DNA from: Chlorokybus atmophyticus
Taxonomy: Eukaryota; Plantae; Mesostigma and Chlorokybus algae
Assembly: GCA_009103225.1 (NCBI GenBank)
Contig: RHPI01002069.1
Coordinates: forward strand, 1,884,846-1,948,845
Length of the DNA: 64,000 bases
Direction of reading: 5' to 3'
In this document: positions 1 through 12,825 of the stretch, piece after piece
How positions within the stretch are numbered: the stretch's first letter is position 1
How the letters are laid out: every line of letters starts with the position of its first letter
Notes under the pieces: generated by a model
Seen by the model: the letters and a program-made list of their open reading frames with translations, nothing else
What the model was told of the DNA's origin: nothing
The model's database searches: none
Made by a program: the position numbers and the translations under genes

Positions 1-153
1 GGGGACGATGACGCCGCCGACGAGGGGGGCGCCGGCCTCCCTGTCCGCCTTCTCGATGTACCCGCGGGTCTGCCTCCACGCCGCATCTGTCTTGTCCTTG
101 TCCTGCGGGTCCCGGTCCGCCGGCGCCATCCTAGCCTGCTGCTTTGCCAGTAC
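1..153 (-). CDS. Partial coding exon running off the window start; product unknown (VLAKQQARMAPADRDPQDKDKTDAAWRQTRGYIEKADREAGAPLVGGVIVP...)
   Basis: GC-rich open frame on the minus strand, preceded by a CAG acceptor (156-154); the in-frame ATG at 129 is an alternative start. No confident family match. Confidence 0.45.
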
Positions 154-1894
154 CTGCCAGGTGCCTCTACCTCAGCACAATCAGGGGTGGGTGGGGGGTC
201 TGTGTGGGTGTGTTCATGATTGTGTACGTGACAGACCAACTCACAGACGCTACGAGTCACGTATGTGGACCGTCCAACCATAATAACTGTCATGTAGCTG
301 GATCAGCAGCATGTTGTGTGCATTCACTGTTGCATGAATGGAGTGGAGTAGTGGTAAAACAGCTGAAAGTCATTCAAATGCCGTCAATGACCGCTTTGCT
401 AGCTGGGTGTCATCAGGACAGGTCCACTGCATGCACCCAGATGCCGTCTAGATGCCACCCTTAAGCAGAATTGAGCGTATGGATGGGCAGGCTGGCACAT
501 ACTCTCTCAACGTTGGCGGATCATGCATGCTCACATGCATGCATGCATGCATGTGAAAGTGACGTCACTTTCATGCATATCGCCCAGATGACGAAACCGA
601 CTTTAAGCTGCGGCAAGTATGCTTCGTTGTGGCAAACAGTAGGCTAGCAGTGCTGGAAAACAAGGCCAAGAGAGTATAAAGCAGCGCGTGGTGTATGCAA
701 TGTGGACAACAACGTGGACTAGGCACGACTGCAACAGCACCCTTTATATATAGTCATGCAACTTGCTTCTTCAAAGAGGCGCTCAGGCCTGACCTGTCTC
801 TGAGCTTCGACTGCAGAAAGGCTGGCTGGGCGGCACTTTTGAGGAAAGGGCTGAAGCTTGCCAAACAGGACAGCTCCTCCACAACGACTCTCTCTGGTCC
901 AACTGAAGGGCAGAAAGCACTAGTGTGTGAATGCCGCTTGCGTCCACCAATTCAGCAACCTCCCGTATGAGTGTCTGAAGGATGTGTATGTGTGTGGGGC
1001 GAGGCACAGTGGATACGCCTGAAATGACACGTCCCCCACTATTGCCAGTTGATGGGACAAGAGAGCTTAAGCGCCTTTGGAGGCTGCCCTCTCCAGGGCT
1101 GTCAGCCAGCTGCCTGTTTGTCACACACATCAGCCTGAGGCTTCTCAATGACGTGTAATCAATCAAGTCCATTGATGTGCCAAACTGTCTGTCTGAGTCA
1201 GCAGTCAGCCACTGGCAGGCAGCCAGCTGCTGGCCTGCATGCCTGCGAAGCCTTCAATGCACTCCACCTGCGGGGCGGGCGCTTGCCTTCATTTTACATC
1301 TTAGAACGTAGTACACGGTGTAAAAAGCCCATGAATGTTGCGGGTCCCTCCCAGCTCAGCTGCATGCACAACAACCCGGGTATGCATGCCCATGGCCACC
1401 AGCGAGCCCCCACCAGCCTTGTCTTGAGGACAACCCAGCGTGTTCTTGTGGAAGGTGCACTGCACTCTGTCCAAAGGGGTTTTGCACGTGCGCCGCGCGT
1501 GGCACCTACCGCTGAGGCAAGGTGTGTTACATCCATACTATGGCATAGCATCAGGGCAGCTCACAAAACCGATAACCCCAACGTTACCAACCACAACCTC
1601 TGGCCACAATTGATTATTGGTACAGCCTCGCTGTGCTGCTTCAGTCACTCATTACTTGAAGTCCTGTGGGTGGGCATGCAAGCATGCACGCATGCATGCA
1701 TGCACCGTGGTGGTGTTGTCAGCACCATGGTGACGCTGATGCCAACAACGCCTGAACCTGTAGCCCAGGCGCTAAAAGCTGCACTTTATTCCAACATCTT
1801 TGTGCTCAGCTGTCAAAGCTGAGCAAACAGGACTGTATATTGACAACCGACGGCCAGTCTGAGAGCTTCAGTTCAGGCAATGGGCTTCCATCCC

Positions 1895-2210
<316 letters not shown>

Positions 2211-2243
2211 TGTGCAGCACCTAGCCAAGACCCTCCCCACGTC

Positions 2244-2919
2244 ATGGCTGACGCCTCCACCGACACCGATGAGATGCATCGCCGTCGTCACGAGCGTGTT
2301 GAGCGCGTGTGGACGGGCGGGGACGCGCTGGCGGACTCCGCCATGGCCGCGGGACTCTTTGCTGCGCTCGCGCCGGGGGTGCTGCTGGAGATACCCGCCA
2401 AGGTGGGTGGGTGGGTTGAAGAAAGAGTGTGCTATATTAGTGTGATATAGCAGCTGTGTTGCGTCTGCGGAAGGACACACGTGAGTCATCATGCGCACGT
2501 GCACACTTGCATAAAGGGTTTCTAGTGTGCGTGTGCATGACTGAGCGCGCGCACACGCTTCGATGGAATCGGTGTGTGCATGCGCCTATGTGTTTGTGTA
2601 AGACAATACGCGTGTCTGCGGGTATGTATGCGGATGAGGAACTGCGTGTGCACGTGCACATTCACGCGCATGCACACCGGAAGAGGCTCATGTGCGCGCT
2701 CATGTCCTTCAGTCACTAACACTCTCTGTACCGATCCACCTGATACGAACTGCCAGTTCATGCAATGACACATTGCGCAACCGGTAAACACAGGAGTCGA
2801 GGGTGATGATGGCGTTGCTGCCGCTGCGCACGCCGTTCGTCCTGACCACAGTGCTCCACGCCGCGCTCTACGGCACCGCGCTGTATCTGGCGAGGAGGTA
2901 CGTTGTTGACAATCTGTAG
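2244..2919 (+). CDS. DUF3339-like small membrane protein, paralog A (exons 2244-2402, 2794-2919; 94 aa)
   Basis: GT/AG splice in phase 0 gives MADASTD...AGLFAALAPGVLLEIPAK|ESRVMMALLPLRTPFVLTTVLHAALYGTALYLARRYVVDNL*. The LF-x-L-x-PG-x-L-x-x-P ... VL-x-HA-x-L(F/Y) pattern matches the plant DUF3339 consensus as I recall it. Confidence 0.75.
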
Positions 2920-4606
2920 CGGGGCGCGAAGGTGTATATGATAGGCTGTTTGGGTGATCAGGGAGTGTATAGGTCTAGGTACAATATTACACCCAAGATG
3001 TGAGAGTTGGTGTACCTGTGCGTGAGAAAATAAGGTGTGCACGTGTGCGCACGCGCGTGCTTGAGATTGTGTTGGCCCCCATATGTGCCTCATCAGGGAG
3101 TATCTTGCATGGTGTTGAGGCATGTGCAGAGGCTCTGGATAAGTGCTGTGCGCCATTTGGTGCACCGCATGCAATGCTGCATAAGTACGAGACAAATACA
3201 TCTCAGTCACTCGTCCTGGTTGCTATATTGCATGTATCGTATATACTGTATACTGCCTGATGAGATAATGTACTACGAACGCTTGTACTGTACAGTATAA
3301 GATACTGGGTCATGCACACATGTTCTGTGCTCATCAAGTGTTTTATTATCATGATTGAACAAAGTGCACAGCAAGCAGGTCTTGCATGCATTATCCCCAA
3401 GCGTAATATACATTGATGAGTACGGGGCAACGACAAGAACGCAGCCGATCCCTGAAAGAGCTAACATTAGCAGGCGCATACCGTTACTAAGTAAAATAAT
3501 GATACATGCCTATCTCGCTGCAAGTGCAAGCCCAACGGCATCACCGTGGTGACCAGGATGCCCTTGATATACATATGCACCGCATCACATACTTTGTACA
3601 CCTACTGGACATATGCAAGCCGGCATAGCAGCACACCCCTTTTGTATACACACCCTTCTCAATTGATGCTGCCAGGCTGCGCCCAAGCTGCATGCGTGCA
3701 AACAACTTGAAACGCAAGACTTGATGCACATCAAGTAATTTGTGTCTGGATGAAGTTGAAGCAGGGCGGGCAGACTCTCCCCTAGAGCACTGTCTCTCAG
3801 TTGACCTCTGAGAGAAGGTGGATTACAGGGTGGTAGTGCTGGGGGTGGCGGCGGCGGCGGCGGTGTATCTTCGCCTGCCTTGCCCAAGCCTCCCACACTG
3901 CGGACTCTCCTCCTTCCTAAGTTTCCAGGCTTGAAAGCACTGGGCTGTGTGTCTCTTTGTCTACTTAGAGCTTAGAGCTTAAGGATTCAAGCGGAGGCTT
4001 GCCTACCAAAGGTGTTGTCTTCTTGAGAGCACATCTGGTGAAGAGACTTGCAAGTGACACAGCAGTCGCTGCAACTAGCGGGCAAAGTTAGTGTACTGTT
4101 GTTGTTGTTGTTGTTGCTGCTGCTGTTCAAGGCCCAAGTACAAAGCTAGGTTGTCTGCGGCAACACCAATCCTTGCTGCTGAATCGAGCAAGCAGATGTC
4201 ACAGTTGCTTGCCACATGCACGGTCCACTAGCATCTTTTCCTGAATTCATACACTGGTGTCACAAACACAACCCTACCCTGCCCCTGCCCTTGCCCTTGC
4301 AAACGCATGTAGTCAGACCGTTCCATTCCCTCCATCCACATAAATCCACCACCATCCGTCCCTCTGCTAGAGCCTTGTTACTTGAAGCATGGACATGCAC
4401 AAGTTGCCAGCTGACCCATGCATGGCTGCATGCATGGGTCAGCTGGCATACATGCCTGCCGCATGGCAAGCAAGCACGCACCACTATCCGAGAACACACA
4501 TGCATGCTTCCACAGAACCCAACACTCTCCTGAACTGGGGCCCGCTCCCCCAACCATTGCCCGTACCAAGCACCAAACACACATCCCCCTCTCCTTGCAG
4601 TCCATA

Positions 4607-4887
4607 ATGGCCGACAACAGGAGGTACGTGGGCCCCGCGGACGACTCCGAGGCCGACCGGGAGTACCGCGCGGCGATCGACTCGGTGTCCAGGGACGACG
4701 CCGCGGGAGCCGCGATGGCGGCAGCGGGATTGTTTGGGATGATGGCGCCGGGAGTACTGTTTGAGACACCCGCCAAGGTGACATTGCGAGCAACTTCAAT
4801 GCGTGCGTGCGTGTACGGGCGTATGCATAGGCGTGGGATGGCATGTGCACCTACCCCGCGTGAGCAGCATCAGAGGTGTGCATGCGC

Positions 4888-4921
<34 letters not shown>

Positions 4922-5317
4922 ATGCACATGCGTGCATCGGCGCACCTGCATTCACGCGTGTGCACACATGTGTGAGCGCGTGCATGTTTGCGTGTGCGTG
5001 TGCGCACCCCGCATGCACACGGCGTGCATGTGCTCGTGCTGTTGTACATGAGCCTGTGCGTGCATCTACGATACACCCTCTTCATCCATTCTCTGTGATG
5101 TTGAACCACAATGCACGCATCCACTCCCACGCAGGACTGGCCCGCTCGCGGTAGTCTCGTGTCATGGTGTCCCCTCCGCTTCCCCCTCCGTACGGTGCTG
5201 TCCCACGCTGCCCTGTTCGGCGGCGCGGTCTACCTGCTCAGGCGTTACGGGGAGGCGCGCAGGGGGAGGCGGGAGAGGACGGAGCCTGGACTGGTGCGAG
5301 CGACGCGAGTGGAGTGA
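4607..5317 (+). CDS. DUF3339-like small membrane protein, paralog B (exons 4607-4777, 5135-5317; 117 aa)
   Basis: MADNRRY...AAGLFGMMAPGVLFETPAK|DWPARGSLVSWCPLRFPLRTVLSHAALFGGAVYLLRRY...VE*; intron at the same position (after PAK) as paralog A. Confidence 0.78.
4890..4921. repeat. (GT)n microsatellite in the intron of paralog B
   Basis: Directly visible. Confidence 0.9.
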
Positions 5318-5335
5318 AGAGTAAGGGTGGACAGT

Positions 5336-5386
5336 GGGTGTGGCTGCGGGTGTGGGTGTGGGTGTGGGTGTGGGTGTGGGTGTGGT
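5336..5386. repeat. (GTGTGG)n hexamer repeat just 3' of paralog B
   Basis: Directly visible. Confidence 0.85.
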
Positions 5387-6585
5387 GTTGTGCTGCTTGT
5401 GCTTGACCGTGACTGTTGTACCAGCCTACCACTGGCGAGTAACACTCTGACACAAGTTAACACTCTGACAATGTGGCTTGGTCGCCACATATGGCTCATG
5501 AGTCAACGTGGTTACTGCGGTATGTATTGGTCATGAACTGTGTGCTGGCACTTCTTTGCAAGCTTGGGCACACCTCATCAAGGTCGCTATGGCAGGAACC
5601 AGGAGGTTTGCACTGTTACGAGTATGAACTGTTACATGTGAGGTTGCTTGTGCAAGCACACGGTGTGCCTCGATCAATGCGTCACTTGGCGGGTTGAGCT
5701 CCCAGCTAGGCTTTGTGTGCGACTGCTGCGTGGGTATGCGCGCGCGCGCAAGTGTACATAAAATGTGGTGTACAGAAAATGCGCGACACGTATGCACATG
5801 CACGACACATGCAATGGACCAAGCATGATGTCAACGTGCAGTTAACACTGTTCATGTAGACCACTGGGCTACTGTCACTAGCTAACTTCATTACCTATTT
5901 TACCAACACCCCGTTAGCCATAGCAGTCAGTACATGCATGTAGTACTTGGCCACACGGGCTGTGTGTATTAGCGCTTGGTAGTCGCACACAATGTGCTAT
6001 GTGCACCTGTTGCTGTGAACTTGAAACCTGCCTTGCTAAACGCAAGCCCGCAATTTGCTACAACCACGCGGTGGCTGCATCACAGCAACGCTGCCACATT
6101 TGTTGATGTGATTGCTTGCGTCAAGACAGGGTGATTGCTTTGTTACTCAGCTGCAGATGCTCTAGCGTGCAATGGACAAGTTTATTGGATTGGACTAGAG
6201 TTGCTATTACTCGCACTGCATTGGCATGCGCTGCAACGCCGCAAGCAGGCTCACCCTGGGCCAGTCAGCCTCGACACAGAAGAAAAAGCAACACACAGAG
6301 TGCGCATGCCAACATGCCTGATGTCAGCATGTATGCTACAGTACCCCGTACACCCAAAACCTTGGTAGCACTCATAGCAACAGCCTTGCTTGACAACAAA
6401 CGAGAAATGTCCATGCATCAGTTCGTTGCTTTCAAACTATACACGAGCGTTGCGGTGGATGGCTGCTTAGAGTGATGCAGTAAACAACATCTAGGCAGCA
6501 TTTGCATACACATAGTTGAATGCCATAGAAGGCTTATGCAGATGCCATTTGCAACTGTAGCATTAATAGCAGTACTAGCAACACC

Positions 6586-7617
6586 TCAACCAGGTCCCAC
6601 TTTCGGGATGTCATAATGCTCGCTGAGGTTTGAGAGGTATTTGTTGAACTCGTCAACCTGGCGAAAAGCACGCTCATTAGCAGACTTGGTGGTTCGAACC
6701 ATGTGTTGCAACATGTGCAACTAGACAGACTTTGCAGATGAAGGTGAGCACCTCTTATGCATATCAACATATCAAAACCCAAGACAGACACATTAAAATG
6801 CAGTATGGCAAAGCAGCTCACACCTTTTGCCGATGCGTCTTTGCGGCAAGCTTCGTGACGCGCTGCGCTTCTATCCTCGCCATTTGTTCATCGTAGCGTT
6901 TCTCCGCAGCAGTCCTACGCACACGCGATGCCTAAGTCCGTGCGCCTACTACTGCAGACCTCAAGTGCTGTTGTGCTCACTTGCAAAATAGCAACAAACA
7001 ATGCGCAATGTTGCCACATGCCTCAGGCAGAGTGACACCCGATCTGTTCACGTACATCACACCACAAGAGTAAAGGTTAATTTTTTTTATTTTTTTCATT
7101 TGTGCGCACTTAGCGCAGCGCATGTTTACGGTAGGAAAGTGTCTGCGTGTATGTACATGTGTATGTGTCTGTACGTATATGGACACGTACTACTACATGG
7201 GTGTATATGTGTGTGTATGCTTGTTGGTTGTGCGCTGAGACATGCGCTACGCAATTATGTTTATGTGCGTGTGTGCATGTCCACTATACCAACCTGCTGT
7301 CTTTGATTGGTTCAGGGACCTCTCCGGCGAGCTGGTTGTGGCCTGATGCTGAGGCAGGGTTGTCCCCTGTTGGACTCTGCAACGGCTCTCTGCGCTTCTT
7401 CTTCCTGGCCTTTCCTGCACATGGCACAATCACGATGTCAATTGAACTGTTCATTGCAACGCTGCACCCAAGAGCGCAACTTGGTTATCGACGTCATGCA
7501 TTTGATGAGTGAGTGTTGCTACAGGATATATTTTAGCGCACCTGGCTCGCCCTGCTCGCTAAGCGCCTTAGCTTTCAGCTTCAGTTTTCCCTTGACGATA
7601 TTCTCGTAGCCGGACAT
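6586..7617 (-). CDS. FAM32A: FAM32A/DUF1754 family protein (exons 7617-7542, 7414-7294, 6914-6824, 6657-6586; 119 aa)
   Basis: Splices cleanly to MSGYENIVKGKLKLKAKAL...RTAAEKRYDEQMARIEAQRVTKLAAKTHRQK|VDEFNKYLSNLSEHYDIPKVGPG*, with the hallmark KLKLK N-terminus and EHYDIPKVGPG C-terminus. Confidence 0.95.
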
Positions 7618-8376
7618 ACCCTATCACTGTCACCCCGACTTGTACAAGTTGTTGTTCTCCTTGCTGCTAATCTCCACCAGCTGGTCATCGGCGGTCTACC
7701 GCCGCCCGTGTACCAGCTTGCAGCGTATGCCACGTGTCCACATGTGGGTTAGGGTTTGTACGCACACAGGCGCACTTCTTGTGCTGACGTCGCACAAGCA
7801 CACGGTTAGGGTTGGTGGCGTCACCGTCAGGGTTGGTGGCGAGGTCGCTGGCGGTGGCGGCGGCGGCGGCACAAGGCGGAGCCCGTGGAGATTTGGTTAC
7901 TAAGCTCTCTTGTAGGTGTTCCCGAAACTCCAAAACCCTCGCTTTTTGCCCCCACCATCGTAAAAGGTAGGCTGCTTACTGAAGTCACCCCGGCTTCTGT
8001 TGTCATTGGCAAGTGTAATCTGGCTGCTTGCTGGCTTGTATGCAATTGCTTGCCTGTTTGCTTGCTCGGCATTCTGCGTGTTTCAAACTGCAACGTACAG
8101 CAAGCTGCACTTGCGCATGCTGCGCGGGTTATTGGTGTTGTGGATGTTGACTGTGTTGCATGCCTGCGCTCGCTTGTCTACTCGCTTGGCGCGGTTGCAT
8201 GATTCCTTGTTCGGATTGTGTGCATCATGCTCTCAAGAACCATTACGACCAATCTGTGCATGCGCATTGTTGGTAGGGTAGGTGGTAGATCCGTCAGCAA
8301 TGACTGTGGCGCTTTTCAGCAAAGTAGCAGCTAACCCTGCTGCTGATGATGATGCTGATGTTGATGATGTGGACAG

Positions 8377-8493
8377 ATGTTGGATGATAACGACCTCGGC
8401 GTGTTTGCCAACTTCCTTGGAGTCCTCATCTTCGTCCTAGTTGTGGCGTACCACTACGTTGTCGCGGATCCCAAATACCGTGAAGACTCATGA
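8377..8493 (+). CDS. OST4: Oligosaccharyltransferase subunit 4 (38 aa, single TM)
   Basis: [38 protein letters not shown] closely matches plant OST4 (MxDDxDLGxFANFLG...AYHxVxADPKY). The ATG directly follows an ACAG acceptor, implying a 5'UTR intron. Confidence 0.93.
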   Translation: MLDDNDLGVFANFLGVLIFVLVVAYHYVVADPKYREDS

Positions 8494-8882
8494 TGGAAGA
8501 GAGCGCTTTATGGAAAGGGGAACTAAACAGCTGAGCCTCAGCACACAGATGCTATGTACAGCACGGTTTTGACATGAGGCAAAAGTCGAGCATTACGAGA
8601 GCGCTTGGTGGAGACTGTCATGTGCGCGTCACTGCGCTGTTGAGATGAGGACGGTGTCACGCCGCATTGCTTTGCGGACTCAGCGTCACGCTGCGGATTA
8701 TGTGATGTGTAATGCAGTTCTGACCATTGGACTCGGCCAGCATAAGGCATGTATACGGTATAATAGAGATGCAATTGTCGTAGCTAAGCAACAGCACCGC
8801 AACGGACCCAAACCACATTGTAAACTTTCACAATATGATTGGGGGCCGTAGCCCAGCACACCTAGACTATCTTTAACTACCT

Positions 8883-10084
8883 GTAGTTACAAAAAATGCG
8901 ACGCAGCGATTGTGGCGTGCAGGTATACAAAGTGTATACATAAATTGTGCCTTGTTTGGTGTGCTGTCTGAGTGCTTGCAAGTGTGCATGCTATTGCGTT
9001 TTGTGCCTACATACATATCATGCGCACTACTTTGTGATTTGGAGTGTCTGTTGCTTGTTTGGTTGTTCTCGCTGTGCTGCTAACTTGCCCGGCTCAGTTT
9101 ACTCACTCTAGCCTAGCCTTGTATGCAGGCGGCAACCCAACACAGAGACGCAATGGCGACAGCCAATTTACCCCTCACCACTCGTCAGGTTGGTTATTGC
9201 TACTGCTCTTGTTGCCAACATGCTTGCTGGCTTACTTGGCACTAACTGGGACTGACCACTGCAGCTGACCCCCTACCACTGCCTCACCTACTGCCAGCCA
9301 TTGTATCGTGCTCATGTTGTGGTGGTGGTGATTGACAGTTTTCAAGTCTTGCCACAGTTTTTGCATACGTGTGCCTCCGATGCATCAGAGGTGGTAGAGT
9401 GCAGAGGGGTGGGAGAGGAAGGGGAGTGGGCCAACCTGCGGTAGGAAGCGGGTGACTCCAGGGATGGCGCGGCGTGCTGTGTAGTGCGGTGCTGTATGTG
9501 GCATGTGCGAGTTGTTGCTGGTTTTTCTGATCGTGGAGACAGTGCATGCGCACAATGCCATGCAAATCGTCAATGGCAAAAAGCTCAACACATGGCACGC
9601 CATAGCTGACGACTGCACACTTAGTACTTCTTTGATGCTAGCTTGGACGCTCGAGCTATGATTACAACACCGTAAGGCTGCTGGCCAGTGCACAGCAGAG
9701 CTAGATCTACTCTGGGACTACGTAATAATGAAATTGGTCTATATGTTTACAAGCTGTGCTACAGGGGTGTCTGGTCTTACACTGGTTGTACACTATACAA
9801 AAATGTAGCATCACAGCTGGTCTTGCAAAACAGGTGGCAGTGCTGACATGGGCAGCTGTGAAACCACAGCAACTAGTAGCCGACGCCGTCCAAGCTCCGG
9901 CTTGAGGGTTTTCGGGGGTGGTTGTTGCGACAATGCGCGTGGCGGCCGCACCAATGGCCTCAAGTTCATGGCAGACGGCAAAGTCCAGGACATCATGCTA
10001 CCTGCGCTGCCAGCTGTCGCCGTCAAGGCCATGAACTGCCGCCTGGAGGGCTGCCTGTGGAGTACACCTCGCCTGCGAGAGTAG
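8883..10084 (+). other. Possible spliced gene or pseudogene of unknown function
   Basis: Phase-1-compatible candidate exons near 8883-8922, 9129-9188 and 9832-10084 end in ...GLKFMADGKVQDIMLPALPAVAVKAMNCRLEGCLWSTPRLRE*. No start codon or family identified. Confidence 0.25.
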
Positions 10085-10499
10085 ACTCTGACCGACTGCA
10101 AGTATGCTCGCTTCGCCGCCCGCACTGCCGGCCTTGCAGCTGCTACCATCCAGTCGCAATCGATCTGCGCAAGATTCCCACATGCACAGGGTGTGTGAGC
10201 ACAACAACTTAACATGCTTCAATACACACAAGCTCACTCATATCAGCTACCTGGCTATAGAAGAGAACGGGCAGGCTACATGGCAACAGCTATGCACAAG
10301 AGTTACAAGTGCACCGCCTGTCCAACAAGACGGACATGCAAGAAATGTGTTCACGTCAACAATATGAAAAATGTGCCAGCACTGGTCGTATATCACGTGC
10401 GCGCACTGAACTGGACGCAAAGTCCGTTTGCACAGCAGCAAGCTGCACGCGTGCAAAACAAGCAAGATAGATCGCGCACCAACGTCGATTGGACAAGTA

Positions 10500-11202
10500 A
10501 GTGAAGTCGAGCATTGCGCACCTGAAAGAGCTCCTGAAACATTGAGCTGTTCGGTTGAGACATTGTGGCAGAACCAGCGGTGGATCCCGACAGCTGGCGG
10601 TCGGCATGGCAGGCTACTCCTGGCAGGCGGCAGCTGGAGGCAACGGTGCAATGGCACCTGATGGGCCCACCGCTGGACACGACAACTGGAGCTCCGGCGA
10701 GAGAGCCTGAGAACGCTACCGCCGAGTGCTGCATTCTGTCACCATCGACATCAACACACCACTAGCACCTTCACTTCCAGCACCAACTACCACCAACCAC
10801 ACCGCCGACCACGCCGCCAACCACGCCGCCGCCCCGCAGGCTGACGTCAGACTTGCTGATAAACATGACAAGCCAGTTGCGCCGTTGTTGCGCAACAACG
10901 ACTGCCACAACGGGTCGCCCCGCTGGTACCGGCTGTGCGACAACGCTGCAACGCTGCCGGCGTGGATGAGGATGGAAGTGTTGCTGTCTGACGTCAGATT
11001 TGCGGGAAACCACGCTGCCGTTGCGTTTATCTGGTGCGTTCGCAGTCGACGTGACCATCGTACCTTAATCCGCATACATGGAGACATCTTGGCAAAGCTA
11101 GCACGATATGAGCCACTGATGAATTCCTTGCCACAGATCGCAAACGTCCAATTCAAACCTGATCGGCATCACGTGATCACCCTTACGAACCGCGTGTCCT
11201 AG
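10500..11202 (+). pseudogene. Degenerate intronless ORF with in-frame stops; origin unknown, possibly TE-derived
   Basis: One reading frame of ~230 codons interrupted by two stops, ending ...RWYRLCDNAATLPAWMRMEVLLSDVRFAGNHAAVAFIWCVRSRRDHRTLIRIHGDILAKL...RVS*. Confidence 0.3.
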
Positions 11203-11834
11203 CAAAATCAGCAGCATCAGTAGGTACCGTTTCAGTCTACCCTGTGATAAGCATTACTTGTCATGCAGCGATGCAGTGTTATTGGGGTTATCATCTTGGT
11301 GCTTACTAGAATATTGTTCTTGAACGTGTAGAGCATGTTTATGCCATACAGCAGGGTTTTCAATAACCCTAAGCCTCGTTATCAAACGCTGACGCGGCGT
11401 GTGTACAAATGAAAATTCAGAGTAGGATACATAATCTATGTACATATGACTTGTTAACGTGTGACTCATATACTAATAATGATGTAGTTTTGTTGTTGGC
11501 GAGGTATGCCCCCATTACAGGATGAGAGGACAGACCACTACATTATAATTGAATCAACAATTCAAGCCTTTATTTTGGAGCAATCGGTGTTGTTGCGCGG
11601 TGGAACACTTTTTATGCCAAAAAACTTTGACTCTACATACAGTTGGCCTTTTGCAAAGGGAATTTCAACAAGATAGAAGATCGAAGTGGTTTGACAAAAG
11701 TACACTCTATTTAAAATGTATCTTAATATGACAAAGTGTCAGTCTCAACGAATAATTTTCCACGTAAAGGGTTTTATAACTTATTTCATGACAATATCTT
11801 AAACACATGATGTTGGACTGTGTACTGGTGTGTG

Positions 11835-11926
11835 CTCCAAGTTGGACGCACAGCAGTTTCGTCATATATATGACGCAACTGCTGTGCGTCCAGCTTGGAG
11901 AAGCTGCGTAGTATATATACTACGCA
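11835..11926. repeat. Two adjacent palindromes: 66-bp near-perfect (11835-11900) and 22-bp perfect (11905-11926)
   Basis: ctccaagttggacgcacagcagtttcgtcata-ta-tatgacgcaactgctgtgcgtccagcttggag (2 mismatches) and tgcgtagtatatatactacgca. Confidence 0.95.
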
Positions 11927-12269
11927 AGCGAACACCACACCGCTGTCAAACATCTCCTCGCAAGTCAAACAGGGGGTGGTTGTTTCGCAATGTATCATAT
12001 TCTTGCGCTTGTCAACTTAATGTGCTCAATTTATCACGGACATGGTGAAGTTGTTGCACAGCATGCAGTCGCAGGGCTGTGCCAAGCACACTTTGTTGGC
12101 AAAGTTACGGAGCTAAATGTGCAGGCAGCAGGGGATTGTATATGATGGAACCTACAAGTACCTGTTCCAGTTGGTGATAAACAAGCTGACTTTCACTGCA
12201 TCGACTAACAGGTAGTCCGGTGAGTGAGGCCGGTAAGAGTAAAGAAGTGCGGGGAGCAGGTAAACCTGC

Positions 12270-12825
12270 CCGCATGTATGTCACGGCCACTTGTCTCTGG
12301 GTGCTGCTGATCTGGGATGCCGACATTATGCTGCTGTCCATGCTAGCATGTGTGTGCTTGAGAGCTTGAAAGGCGTATGACCTTGTTGGCAGCACAACCA
12401 TACATTACAGTTCTTGCCCATGGCACCAGCTGCCCAAAGCCCAATGCTGCAGCCTAATGGTGCAGCCTAATGCTGCAGCCCTAACAGCTCAGGTCTTAGC
12501 AACAGGTGTAAGATTGCGACGAAGAGCCGTCATAAGTGATCCTGCTGGCGGGAGTTGGCGCTCGGGGCCAAGTCTAGGCGGCGGTGGTCTCAAGTTGTAC
12601 ATGCTGCTGTTGCCACCTCCCGGGTCTGACCTCTCCTCTCCTCTCTCCTTTGAGGGTCTAGTTAACTAGTTGGTCTTAGCTCGTGTTTGGTCGTTCTAGC
12701 TCTACCTTAGCCGTCGCGTAATCAATGCTTGTGTGCTTGGCGTGCTTATACACTTGACTGCTTGTTGCATTGTGAGCTTGGCTGTGAGTTTGCTTACTGC
12801 AAGCAACTCTATCGTTGGTTACACT
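12270..12825 (+). repeat. Unclassified dispersed repeat, copy 1 (inverted copy at 24425-25045)
   Basis: Shared blocks include atgtatgtcacggcc, gctgtccatgctagcatgtgtgtgct, gtctcaagttgt, gtgtgcttggcgtgctta and gcaagcaactctatcgtt. Confidence 0.85.

Noticed and set aside
1-60. REAGAPLVGGVIVP resembles the GEVPVGAVIV motif of TadA-type deaminases
   Set aside because: Too short and truncated by the window edge; no HAE/PCxxC motifs visible.
3585-4060. Pro-rich minus-strand ORF, possible gag remnant
   Set aside because: No diagnostic motif or repeat partner.
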